Notes: generated by a model not told the origin, from the sequence alone. A DNA stretch of 63,822 nucleotides from Lama glama (GCA_028534125.1 CM052832.1:23500001-23563822), one strand, 5' to 3'; shown: positions 24,821 through 35,702, counted from the stretch's first letter. Numbers and translations are program-made.

Positions 24821-27219
24821 ATCAGTGACGAGGTGGCCCAGCCCTCCTTCCTCTGACGGCTGAGGAACTGTTCTAATAGTGTCAATTTAACACTGACTTT
24901 TATGTACATGATAAGAAGTCACTGTTAGTTATTCGCATGCATTTGAGTTGGTTGTGTGGGGTCTTCTATGTTCCTCTCACTGGAGGAAATTTCTATTTCC
25001 ATTTTAAAATAACCTCTGTGCAGCTGTAAGATGAAAGGAGGTGAGGTTTAAAGAGCAGGAGATACTGTGGTTTTAAGGTCTCTTTAAAGCCAAGTAAGCC
25101 ATCAGATTCCATCTCAACTCTAGAATTGGGTTGGAAACTAGTAATTCATCTTTTAAAAGCCTCATTTATACTCATCGGTGTGGTATATATCAGCTGTAGT
25201 ATAAATCAGCTTTTGAATTTTGAAATTAGCCAGCTTTTTGTTATATGCCTGTGTAAATCTAAGAAGATAAAGAATTTTGTTTACCAGGTACAGTCTAACA
25301 AAACTGTCAGTGGTTGTCATCCCCTTCTCCCCCTTCCCCTCTTCTGTAGATCAGGGGGAGAGCCCTGAATTGTGAAAGAATTGAAATTTTTTCTCCTTTT
25401 GGGGCTTGGTGCTTAGAGGTGCATGGACCTGCCAGGGTAATCATTCTGCATACCTGCCTACTTGTTAAAATCGTCTGGATGCTTTTAAAAAAAATACTCT
25501 GCATGGACCTATTTATTGCCAGAGCTCCTGAGCTTCTCATCACTTGGTGAGGACAGAAAGATACAAGATGCATTGCTTTCGTCAGGTTCATTGAGGACCC
25601 AGCTCCCTTCAGGGTTGTATGCCCGGGTTCCCTGCACTCCCCTCCGCGCAGCAGAGTTCTCCCTGAGCCAGGGGGTCAGTAACACTTAACCATACCGGGA
25701 ACTCAGGGCTTTTCTGCCTCCTACCGCCTTGGGCCTCAAACTGGCTCTCCCTAGCAGGAATTATCTGCCAAACACACGAGGAGGTCAAGCAGGAACCATT
25801 ATTTTTTCCCTGAAGACAATAAACATTTCTTCAGAATCTAATTGTGACATTTATTCAGGAGAGTGACTAGTTTAAAAGAAAAGATTACTAAGGCACGAGA
25901 GTGTTCATTGTAGAAAATTCGAGAACTGTGGAAAAGCACAGACAGGAACAGAAAAAAAAAATCTGCAGTCCCACTTCCAAGAGAGAACCACCATTAGCAT
26001 TCTGGCCTTTTCAGTGCTCTTCCGTCTTCCCCAGGTAAATGAGGAAAAATGACAGAAATAGCCCCAAAATAAACTTTCACTTATTGACCCAACAGGTGAA
26101 GTTGCTGTTGCCCTTACAGTGATAAGAAACCTGAAGTTCAAGGTGTGAAGAAACCTGTGAGGTGTTGCGGCTAATAAGCCTGCACAGGGTCTGTGTGATT
26201 GCAGGGTGTGGGGTTCTAATCCCTGGGGGACTGATATGTTTATATTTGTGTATTGCTTTAAAAAAATGGGTCCCATTATGCATTGGACATTGGTCATATT
26301 TATGATACGCAGTTAGCACGAGAGTGTCATTTTTAGATGTTGTCTTTTTACCATGACATTACTGGGGAGTCTGGGTTTATGATATTAGAATGTTGCCGGA
26401 ATATTTCATTTGGCTTTCCAGCCACAGAAGCATGTAGCGTGGGGAGTGTCCAGAGGTCCTAAATTAGGAATGGGTGGTGTTCGGCCTCCCTTGTCACTGG
26501 TAAGCAGCTGGCTGAGGTTTCCCTCGTGACCACCTGCTGGTGAGCGAGACCTGCAAGCCTGGGCTCTGTGTCACCCCAGCAGGGGCACTTAGGGATTTGA
26601 AGACAGCCAGTGCCCTCTGGCCATCACGCAGTAGTGACCGAAATGTAGCCTCCCTTGTAATTACACAGAACATCTGCCCTGCATTTTATTTAAAAAATGT
26701 TTTTTTCTCTTTTTATTCTTTTCCACTTAAATGCTTGTTTCCTCCATTCTTTAAAAAAAATAAATAAAATTGACCCTAAATGACACAGTTTATAGGGAAC
26801 TGAGTTGTAAAAAGCAGCTCTCTTTGTTTATAAGAGGAAATATAACTACATCCTATGTCTCCATAGTTACGTTGCATTGTAATAAAATAAAAGTTGAGCT
26901 GAAAGGTAGATCTGAAAGGCCTTCCATGAGCTGACTGAGATAAATGTGCTTATGAAGCCGCTGTGGCAGGTTTTTAGTCAGGAGCTCAGCTATCAGGTTG
27001 AACTGGTTGAAATTTTCTATTGGAAGAAAGGCATCTCTAATGCTTTGTGTTTAACGTAAAACTGGATCAAGGAAACTTGCACTGTTGCTTTTGTTTGGGG
27101 GGTTTGTATTTCACTAATACCTAGAAACACAGTTTACTAATGTTGTTCCTTTTGGAAATATACACAGCATTTTTTTCCCCTCCATACAGAAAATCAACAA
27201 ACTTTAAAATCTAAATTGC

Positions 27220-27315
27220 AGGGGGAGGTGGGTGTATCTCAGTAATGGAGCACATGCTTGGCATGCATGAGGTCCTGGGTTCCACCTCCAGTACCTCCAC
27301 TAAAAAAAAAAAAGA
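27220..27315 (+). mobile_element. tRNA-derived SINE (camelid vic-1-like) with A tail and TSD
   Basis: gggggagg start, A-box-like tatctcagtaatgg, B-box-like gggttccacctcc, poly-A; TSD aaaatctaaattgc (27206-27219) / aaaatttaaatcgc (27316-27329). Confidence 0.85.
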
Positions 27316-27605
27316 AAAATTTAAATCGCTGGCTCGATCATTCTGATTTCTACTCCTTTTTAACTCTTCTTTATTTCATTATTTTCTTTATTCCAAGAAT
27401 CCTGGAGACTTTAGGCCAAGTGTGTATTTCACTGGGTCCAAACTTTTTCTTTCTTATATTCTGCATATTTAAATGATACTAATTTTTAAATAGTATTATT
27501 TAATGTGCTTTTGTGATTGGGTTACTTCATGAGACCTGCAGTGGAAGAGAAGTGAGAAAATGGTACATGGTCAAAAAAATCCAATAATGTTTTCTCTTTG
27601 AAGAG

Positions 27606-27611
27606 TTTATT
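27606..27611 (-). terminator. Polyadenylation signal AATAAA of the predicted minus-strand gene
   Basis: Minus strand reads attaaaaacaacAATAAActcttcaaagagaaaaCAttattggatttttttg: hexamer, CA, then U-rich element. Confidence 0.5.
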
Positions 27612-27972
27612 GTTGTTTTTAATAGTAAAAACCAGTGTGAAGTCATCCAAATTGTTGGATTCTTGTTTCACTTTCTAAATTTAATAGGAACTGGAAAAGG
27701 GTCGAATCAAGATTTGGTATAAAAATTTCAAATATTGATTAACAGTTCCCACTGTAGAGTTGTGACCAGAAGAACATCAGTCTTTAACTGGACCAGTGTA
27801 AACACACTGCTCTCAGAATTGGTCATTGATGCTCATTCACATGACTCTCAGTAAAGTGTATAGCGTAGCTTATGCTGCGTTCTGAGGACTGACTGAAAGT
27901 TTCGTAGACGGTCTCCCTGTTTGACTGTAGCACAGTCCAGCCTGCACTGTTCCATATTTGAGAATATAAACA

Positions 27973-28101
27973 TCACTGAAGACGTTCTGGAACTTGGAGC
28001 AGAACTTCAGACAGTCCATGAGTGAGATTTTTACCATTCGCGAAGTTATTGATCTCATGGAATGTCATTTCCTTAGAAGTCTTTGTAGGAGGATAGTAAT
28101 T
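27973..28101 (-). CDS. Predicted exon 5 coding part (NYYPPTKTSKEMTFHEINNFANGKNLTHGLSEVLLQVPERLQ*); lies past the exon 4 TAA, so may now be 3'UTR
   Basis: Acceptor cttcttgtgaatTAG| at 28102-28103; phase 0 matches exon 4 donor; open for 42 codons. Confidence 0.35.
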   Translation of the reverse strand, partial: NYYPPTKTSKEMTFHEINNFANGKNLTHGLSEVLLQVPERLQ

Positions 28102-28627
28102 CTAATTCACAAGAAGACTGAAGATATATTCCTGCCTTTTTTTTCCCCCCCTGCACCATTCCTGGGAGTACCGCAGTAGCAGGTCGATGAGTGGAGTGGA
28201 CAGAGCAGGCGCCTATTCCCTCTCCTGGTTCTAAAAATCCATTTCTGCCTCTTTTTAAAATTTAAACCTCCCCTTCACCCAACTAGGGGAACCATTTATT
28301 ATCCAGTTCATCAAGTTAAAGGGACATGTTAATAACATAAAATGTCTAAGGGTGAAAAATGAGGTTGAAGAGCCTGATTGAATTACTCTCCTAAGAAGAA
28401 GAGCATACAATTTCATCCCCTTTTTTTCTGTGATTAATTTTAGGAAGTATCTGCTTGAAGTCAAAACCAGAACTTTTCATCTTTTTCACATAAAATGTAT
28501 TATAAACATGATTTTATTTTTCAGAGCAGAGGCCTAATTATGATGGTTCCATTCCTTCTTTCAGCTTTTTCTCACTCTCTTAAAGCCGTTCTCCCTGTGA
28601 CCAATCTCATTAGTTTTCTGCCCTTAC

Positions 28628-28710
28628 ATTGTACTTGTGTTACCAGGACTTGCTATGGGGGGTTGTTTTCAGGAGCCATTCTCTCATGAACTGTGTATGA
28701 CATTGGTCTA
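28628..28710 (-). CDS. Predicted exon 4 ((V)DQCHTQFMREWLLKTTPHSKSW*HKYN)
   Basis: Strong acceptor tttttttttaaatggctgtttttcctgCAG|, donor AAT|GTAAGG; phase 1 entry fits exon 3; in-frame TAA at 28640-28642. Confidence 0.5.
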
Positions 28711-29175
28711 CTGCAGGAAAAACAGCCATTTAAAAAAAAAAAACAACACATGATTTTAATGTAGACTCAAATAAGATGGCTTCCCATGAATGAAACTCTT
28801 AGTTATGTCATTACTTCCTGGTAAGCAGAGCAACCAAACTATGGGTGGGGAAAACCTACATGAGAGAAGGTGTGTAGTGTCTTATGTTTCCTAGTTACTT
28901 GATATGGAAAGTGATGGCTTCATTAATTTTGGTCCCAGCATATGTCTCATACTATAGCTGCTATTATTATTAATATAGGTGACATGGTTAAATTTTTAAA
29001 GAAGCAAAATCTGCAGTGAAAGCAAAGCAAGACAGAACCACTAAGACAGAAGAGACAAAGCTATTTTTGTAACCCAAAGACAAAAAATGTTTCAGTGCAT
29101 GATTTTTGGTTTCAGGGAGGGTAGCCTCTGAGCAAATTTGTGAATTCTGCGGCTTGGCCCGGGTCTGCTCAGTAC

Positions 29176-29261
29176 CTCTGTCCTTCCTTCGGGTCATCTG
29201 TGCTTCACACAGGCTGCTTTCACCCCCCTGGTGCCTGCAGGCCGCACACATGCTCCCCTTC
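29176..29261 (-). CDS. Predicted exon 3 (KGSMCAACRHQGGESSLCEAQMTRRKDR)
   Basis: Acceptor ctttttctaccgcgatgCAG|G, donor GAG|GTACTG; phase 2 entry fits exons 1 and 2; GC-rich relative to flanks. Confidence 0.5.
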
Positions 29262-29379
29262 CTGCATCGCGGTAGAAAAAGTTTGGATATTCTGATTCAC
29301 TCTCTTCCTCCTTCACGGTGAATGCCCCTTTCACTGGAGCTTTTATTTGAGTGTATTTTCTCCCTTTTTAAGACTTCAC

Positions 29380-29575
29380 TATTATTACTAACATTTATCA
29401 GTCACTTGTTAACGTGGCTGTTCCCATCCTCGGGTGGTTGAAGGCATATTGTTTGATGAGATGAAGACTGTAAGTCTCAGTTGAAGCCATTTGTTGGAAG
29501 TCGCAAAGCTCAGTAGTGAAGGTGCTGGGATTTGAACCCAGATTCTCTTCTGACCTGTAGCCTTGAGTCTTTGCT
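29380..29575 (-). mobile_element. MIR remnant
   Basis: 'agtagtgaaggtgctgggatttgaacccagatt'. Confidence 0.55.
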
Positions 29576-29849
29576 CTGAGCTCCTTTGCCTCTAGTGTGA
29601 GTTGAGAAGTTGCCTCTTGAAAGATTCTGCTGGAATAAACAGTGTGATAGGTAGTCCTTGCTGGGGTTCAGGACTAGTATGCCCACCTACCTGGCTCGAT
29701 CCATTTTCGGCCTTTTTGGAGGCCCCGGGTCAGGCACATACTTTATGTTTTCTCATACACATTACATTTTAATGACGTTTCCAGACCACAGCCACTTCAT
29801 AGCCTCCATCTCTTGAAAACACCCAACATTACTAACAGCATTATTGGTC

Positions 29850-30020
29850 ATAATGATAGCTGAAACATACAGATAGGAAATTGCTCTCTGTGCTTTACAG
29901 AATAACTTAATCCTCACACAGCTGAGGAAACTGAGGCTCAGTGGTGGGAGGAAGTGATTTGCACAAGTCATCCAGCTGGTAAGAGGGGAACCTGGCCCCC
30001 GGGCCTGGGCAGTCTGGCTC
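29850..30020 (-). mobile_element. MIR remnant
   Basis: 'tgaggaaactgaggctcag...aagtgatttgcacaagtcatccagctggtaag'. Confidence 0.7.
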
Positions 30021-30034
30021 TGTTGCATGTTGAC

Positions 30035-30097
30035 GTTTCTCTGCGATGCCTTTCATCCTGTGCCTGCTGTGCCATGTCTAGCTCAACTTGTGAGTTT
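30035..30097 (-). CDS. Predicted exon 2, 63 nt symmetric (NSQVELDMAQQAQDERHRRE)
   Basis: Strong acceptor cattctcctttgtCAG|, in frame with exon 1; the donor AAC|GTCAAC is poor. Confidence 0.4.
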
Positions 30098-30453
30098 CTG
30101 ACAAAGGAGAATGCAGTTGGAATGTACTCTTCTTTGTTGTTGAGGGGAGAGAGTGCTGTTTAATGAATCTTTTACAGATGCTGCAAAATCTTTTTATACT
30201 TGCACTGTTTTGGGTTCTCTTTGTTGCCATCTTTTGCTCACCTTCTCCAGTCCTATCACTCCGGTAGAAGAGGAAACTGAGGCCCAGAGAAGTTCGACAA
30301 CATGGCCAAGACCACAGAGCTTACCTGCTCTATGAAGTAACAATGTATGTTGCACATACTCTTCTCTTACCATGAATTGATTTTGTTTTTCCAGTGAAGC
30401 TTTTTGATAATCATGAGCACCTAAACAGCCTGACTTTTTTCCTCCTCCCTTAC

Positions 30454-30695
30454 TCTGCTGTGGTTCCCCTGGGGCTGGCAAAGAGTTCCGAAACGTATGT
30501 GTTCCAGAACTCAACGAGTAATTGGGCGAAATTCAGCAAAATCTTCATGGGATATCGGTGCTGCTTCCTCCGGTTTCCTTCTCTTTCATTCTCAGACTTC
30601 CTTGCTTCCTCCCTCGCTCTGTTATCTGACTCAGGGGCCCTGGCCTGTAGACGGGCTCCCAGAGCTGGCATTGCTTCTTCTGGAATCTGTGACAT
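30454..30695 (-). CDS. Predicted exon 1 coding part (MSQIPEEAMPALGARLQ...FWNTYVSELFASPRGTTA)
   Basis: ATG with A at -3; 80 open codons of protein-like composition (charged block then amphipathic segment); CpG retention; donor AGA|GTAAGG. Confidence 0.6.
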
Positions 30696-30699
30696 AATG

Positions 30700-30780
30700 G
30701 ACTGCGTGGTGGGACCAAGGTGACAACAAGCAAGAGTGTTTGGGTGACAGTTCCGGTGTGTGCAGATTGGTGAGTCAGGG
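30700..30780 (-). promoter_or_regulatory. Candidate proximal promoter/5'UTR of the minus-strand gene
   Basis: TGACTCA (30771-30777), CCAAT (30766-30770), CCGGAA (30751-30756), TGTCAC at 30744-30749 and 30720-30725. Confidence 0.4.
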
Positions 30781-31234
30781 CACTGTTTTCTGGTGCTGGA
30801 ATGTTGGAAAGCAAAAGCACGTTTCTAAGTAACCCCAAAATAGATTCACGGACAGGACACAGAAGCTAGTACAGATTTTCCTTCCTTTCTTTCTTTTTTT
30901 TTTAAGATCTAAAAACCTTATGCAACTACTTAGGGATTTTTAAAAGTGGGTTTTGTTAGGCCCGCACATTGCTGACTGACTTGTTTATTATTCAGCCATC
31001 AGTGTTTTATAGTCTGGCTGACTCTGATGTTTAATTGCATTTGTTACATGAACCATTTCATGATTTTTTCACCCATGCAGAAGACACTTGGGCATACAGT
31101 AGAGTATTTATGCAATATTTAGGTAACTTACAACATATAAGCTTGGTGCCAAATATGGATTTAAAATATTAAACAGTCATCATGACCCATTGTGGGGAGA
31201 GAAAGGTGTGTAGGGGTGTGGGGGGGGCGTGCAT

Positions 31235-31420
31235 CAATCGTTCTCAAAGTTTGGCACGCATCAGCATCTTGTGTAGGTCTCGTTAAGATACAGATTGCTG
31301 GGTCCTACCAGCAGAGTTTCTTATGTAGTAGATCTGAGTTGGAGCCTGGAAATTTGCTTTTCTAACAGGTTTTCAGATACTGATGTTCTTAGTCTGGGGA
31401 CCACATTTTGAGAACCATTG
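31235..31420 (-). mobile_element. MER5A hAT MITE
   Basis: TIRs caatcgttctcaaa / tttgagaaccattg; internal 'cagattgctgggtcc', 'ggggaccacatttt'. Confidence 0.85.
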
Positions 31421-31424
31421 TGGG

Positions 31425-31590
31425 AAAGAGAAGCATAGAAAAAAGTCTACGAGGATAATGCACCATAATGTTAACAGTAGTTATTTCTGGGTAATGGGAT
31501 TAGAAGGGCTTCTTATTTTATCTTTATACTTTTCTGTATTTTTCCCCACAAAGACTGAGTTTTATTGTTATCATCAGAAGAAACAGCATT
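31425..31590 (+). mobile_element. L1ME 3' end remnant
   Basis: 'aatgttaacagtagttatttctgggtaatgggatt...ttatacttttctgtattttt'. Confidence 0.6.
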
Positions 31591-32274
31591 TAAAGAATTT
31601 TTTAGAGGTTCTGGTATTTCTCTTCTCATGAGCACATACAATTTTCTGCAGTTCTCTGTCGTCCAGTCTTACACAACTGGCACTATAAAAACAAAGTTTC
31701 GAGAATTCGGTGTTTTGTGCCCCTTATTTTTATTTTATCTTCTCAAGATGTGAACTTTTAGAGGGGCATATTTGTCACATGGAGTCCCTATTTCAGTCAT
31801 GGTGCTTAACCACTAGGTGTTCAATAGGTTCCCAATAGCCCTATGAGTTGGAATATCATTCTTTTATACCGTATTACTTCTATTAAGATCCCAAGGGATC
31901 CTATTTCATGAATACAAATTGTATTTGATATCCTTTAGAAGGGGAAGATCTCCTCAGAATCCGAAAGAAGAGTAAAGAATTTGTTTAAGGCAACAAAAGT
32001 AAGTCAAGAATGAAATGATCATCTAACTCTCTTGACCTCAGAATAAACCAGTCAGCCAGCCACCAACCCAGAAAACCTTGGCACTGAACTATCACTTCAT
32101 CATGGAAAAGACTCTCCATAGTTCACCCCTTACAGTTTTAAAAATAACATGGGCTTCATACCAACCATGAAAAACAAAGCCTCAAGAATGCAGTGCTTTC
32201 CCACGAGAGAGCGACAAGGTATCATGCATGTTTGTGAGTTTCATTGATGCTTTAGGAAGGGCCTCTCTTAGATA

Positions 32275-32460
32275 TGCTAGTTGAGAAAGTACAGGACTTA
32301 GAATCCAGAGAACTAGTTTCTAGGTCTGATTCTATCAAATGTGAGGCACCTTACTTAGCCCCTTTGGATTAAGCCCTAGTGTGTAAATGGGAATATTGGC
32401 CCTGTGAATGCCTTGGGTTGTCACTGAGATCCAACAGACAAGCTGGTTAGAAATGCTGCA
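32275..32460 (+). mobile_element. MIR remnant
   Basis: 'gaaagtacaggacttagaatccagagaac...tgtaaatgggaata'. Confidence 0.5.
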
Positions 32461-33773
32461 AAACTCTAAGGCAGTGGTGTGGTCTGAGCAGTGAGCTCAC
32501 CATCGCCCCTTTCACTTTCCCAGCCCCGTGGTCTCTCGTGGGAGTTATGTAACTCCTGGTCCTTGTGCTTTAGAGAAGGTTGTGGCAAAGTTTGGCAGAT
32601 CCAGGTCCTTCTGGTCCATCTAGCATCCTGCCCAGCCAGTTTGGCAGGGACACCGATTAGCCTTTGTGTGACCTCTGAAGTCAGACACTTTAGGAAAGGC
32701 AAGATCGTTTCTGAGTGGTGTTTTTCCTGATAACACCGTTAAGTTCCTTTCCAATTATAATGTCTCCAGGAAGTTAAAGCAGTTACAATCTCTATGGAAA
32801 TTCATAAATTTGTTATACTAAAAAATGACCTCTTACCTGAGGAATTTAATTGTCACCTCATTGTTTACTGCCTCGCTTAGAATTAGGCCTTGGTGACCTC
32901 CCTTGTAAATTCTTGTGGCTCCTGCTAATTTGACCCTTCATCCATCTAATTCCTAAGTAAATACCCTGTAATGATTTGAGGTATACTGATGAAAATTTCA
33001 GAATAAATTGTGCGTTCCTAAGAAAGGGGTGATTTTGCTCTGTTTCTGGTTCTCTTAGCACCTGGCCAAGTTTGGGGTACCTGTTAATTCATTTTATCCT
33101 TCAAAGAACAAAAGGATGATATACTTCACAAATGGTATCATCTTTTTAAGCATTGCAGGCAGATTATCGTTTTTAGTTCCTTTTCTTTGACTTAAGGGTT
33201 AGTGAGTCTCCCTGCACGTCAGCGGCCCTTCAGGTGTGTGCTGTTGACCATTGTGGCTGCAGAATTCGTGCAGTCATGAAGGCTGGCTAAGACACGCACG
33301 TGTGGGGCTTCATTCCTGCTGGAGAGGGAGAGCAGAAAGGTAACACCAGCTGACTGGAATATGGTTTTTAGGCTAAAATACACTTTATTCTAATCTCTAC
33401 AAAGCTGCTAATAATTTAGAAAATTAATTATGAGAGCCTTGTAACTTTTTCTTGAAGAGCTGCTCTGTTTGTTAGAGGAATTCTTTTGAGTTATTGCTTA
33501 TGACGCGAGCCCATTCTGGAATGCTCACACGACCAAGTTGTTTGTAATCTTGTGTTTAGCTTTTAGGTTATTTATAGTATCTGTGGTCTTACCTTAAATT
33601 CTTCCTCAGCATTTCCATTATACGCTGGCCCTTATAAATTCACCTTTAAAATATTCATGTGACCCAAATTACTCTGAAGTTGGGGTTTGGGATTTGATGT
33701 GACTTCTTTCGCTAATGTCTTTTTTTAAACATTATAACTCTTTGGATGGTTAGCTTCTGATGACACTTAACAC

Positions 33774-33970
33774 AGTAGGGGAGAAAAAATAATTTTCCCT
33801 CTATCCTCTTAAGTTCATGGCTGAGACCCCTGTAATGAAAGATTAATAAGAGAAAAGCACAAGTTTATTAACATGTATACATGAGAAAGACCCAAGGAAA
33901 GATGAATGACTCCCTGAGGTGGCCTAAGCCACCACCTTAAATACTATCTTCAGCTAAAGACAAAAGAAAG

Positions 33971-34017
<47 letters not shown>

Positions 34018-34317
34018 GTGGGGCCGTTAAGTGAAGTTGCCGGGAAAAGAACAGTGTAAACAAGGGTAAAGTTTGCTAGACAGATTTAAGTCCAGGCCCT
34101 TTCCAGTAAGAGTTTCTTGTGATTTAGAGTCATCCTTCTCTTCCTGGTACGGTGAGAGGGATAATCTTACAATGGGTATTTCCTTTATAAATGTAGATGT
34201 CCCTTAACAAAAGGGTGACTTCTCTGGTTTCTGAGCTTCTCTTGAATCTGCTGTTTCTCAAAATAATCCTTATGCCAAAGAGACATTTTTGGGGGTGGCA
34301 TAATCTGCTACCCTTCA
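33774..34317 (-). mobile_element. ERV1 solo LTR (MER34-like) with 4-bp TSD
   Basis: 'aaataatccttatgccaaagagacatttttgggggtggcataatctgctacccttca' is the reverse of the MER34A 5' end; acac flanks both sides. Confidence 0.8.
33973..34014. repeat. (GT)21 microsatellite inside the LTR
   Basis: Seen directly. Confidence 0.95.
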
Positions 34318-34467
34318 ACACACATGACCTTACTTGGAGGCGGGAGATAGAATTTCTTGCTTTGAACTGCCCTAATATTAAGATGTCTTGGACAACATGA
34401 TACAGAGCAGCAAAGAGAAAGTGTTTATAGTGAGGCTTTTTACTGCTTTGCAGTCAACTTGTAGTAT

Positions 34468-34586
34468 ACAGACACGGAGGCCTGACTGTCCTGCGCCATT
34501 TTATATAAGGGACTTGAGCATCTGCAGATGTGAGTATCTGTAGGGTGTCTTGGAACCAGTCCCCCACGGACGCTGAGGGAGGACTG
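34468..34586 (-). mobile_element. MER2-like Tigger MITE fragment
   Basis: 'ccattttatataagggacttgagcatc...ggaaccagtcccccacggacgctgagggaggactg'. Confidence 0.8.
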
Positions 34587-34920
34587 TGTGTAGCAGAATA
34601 AAATGAACTCTCAGTCATCTTTCCCTCTGCTCCCTAAGTAGCACTCTGAGCAGTGAAGTGGAACTAACTGTGGCTTCTGTTTCCCAAGGTGTCCTTTTGG
34701 TGATGGCCTCTGATGTAGCAAGCAGACTGATATTGCCAGGTTCTAATTCGTTTCACCAACCCCCAGGTTTTTAGCTACCTGGACCTCTTGTCACCACCAC
34801 TCCAGGCTTCCTAAGTGTCCTGATTCCAGTTGTCTATTCTGACCGGATGTGAAAAGATTTCTTTGAACTTCATACAAGACTGGCTTTGAGTACTTCAAAC
34901 ATTTTGGAGAATAAACTCCC

Positions 34921-35137
34921 AAGAGAGGGGAGGGTAACATAGGGATAGGGGATTAAGAGGTACAAACTATTATGTATAAAATAAGCCACGAGGATATATT
35001 GTACAACAGAGGGAATGTAGCCAGTATTTTATAATAGCTATAAATGGGATATAACCTTTAAAAATTATGAATCATGATATTGTACACTTCTAACTTATAG
35101 AAGAGTGTACATCAACTATATTTCAATTGAAAAAAAA
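34921..35137 (+). mobile_element. L1 3' terminus with A tail
   Basis: 'gaggtacaaactattatgtataaaataag...gtacatcaactatatttcaattgaaaaaaaa'. Confidence 0.85.
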
Positions 35138-35702
35138 GGGAAAAGAAGCTCTAAGAATATGTTCACACAAAATACTCAGGCTGCAGAGAAGCGTATGCCT
35201 ACGTGAGTGCTGTCGGTCTTGGTTCATCCAGCTGGACTGGGCAAGGCCTGATGAAGGTGAGACGAGCAGGCCTAGCTTACTGCCTCCGTGACACTGGTTT
35301 CTTTTCATGCTTAAATCAACTTGGGAAATATCAGCCTCAGCTCCTGCAGGAGATTGTCAGCTTTCATATACAGTATTTCCTCGCAGCCTGCGCTTTGACC
35401 CAGTGTCCCTGGTAGGATGATTCTGAGAGACTTCTCTCTTGAAAGTCTGACTTCCACGTGCCACCTGGCTGATGATGAAGAGTGGGAGCGTTGCTGCTAC
35501 TTACCAGCGTCTGCCTCTGGGGCGTTGGGGGTGGGGGCTCTGGTGCCGTCGGGGCTGTGGGTTTCCACCGAGAGTCTTCTTGACTGGGCTGGCCTCCCCT
35601 GTGTTACCACCGGCCTGTTCCTTCTAGGAGAAACCTTGTTCTCTTATCTGTCTCAGAACCCAGTGATTATGAAAGTAGGACCTGATCTATTTACTCAGAT
35701 TC

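Larger units (their letters stand above)
27585..30780 (-). other. Predicted compact five-exon gene or decaying pseudogene, product unrecognised
   Basis: Exons 30695-30454, 30097-30035, 29261-29176, 28710-28628, 28101-~27585 have GT/AG boundaries and join in one reading frame; promoter motifs upstream, AATAAA downstream. Confidence 0.55.

Noticed and set aside
24284..24828. Cluster of overlapping ORFs
   Set aside because: All within a GC-rich MER21-like LTR; no gag/pol/env motifs
27220..27300. tRNA-like sequence
   Set aside because: A tail, TSD and degraded cloverleaf show it is a SINE, not a tRNA gene
27870..28058. 62-aa minus-strand ORF
   Set aside because: Different frame from the spliced model with a stop just upstream; lies in the predicted last exon
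29766..29811. Possible extra minus-strand exon (ttttcaag|...|gtaatg; EMEAMKWLWSGNVIK)
   Set aside because: Open only with phase-1 entry, which does not fit the phase-2 upstream donors; weak AAG acceptor
30394..30723. 109-aa + strand ORF overlapping exon 1
   Set aside because: Non-ATG start, low-complexity shadow of the minus-strand frame, no supporting splice or promoter context
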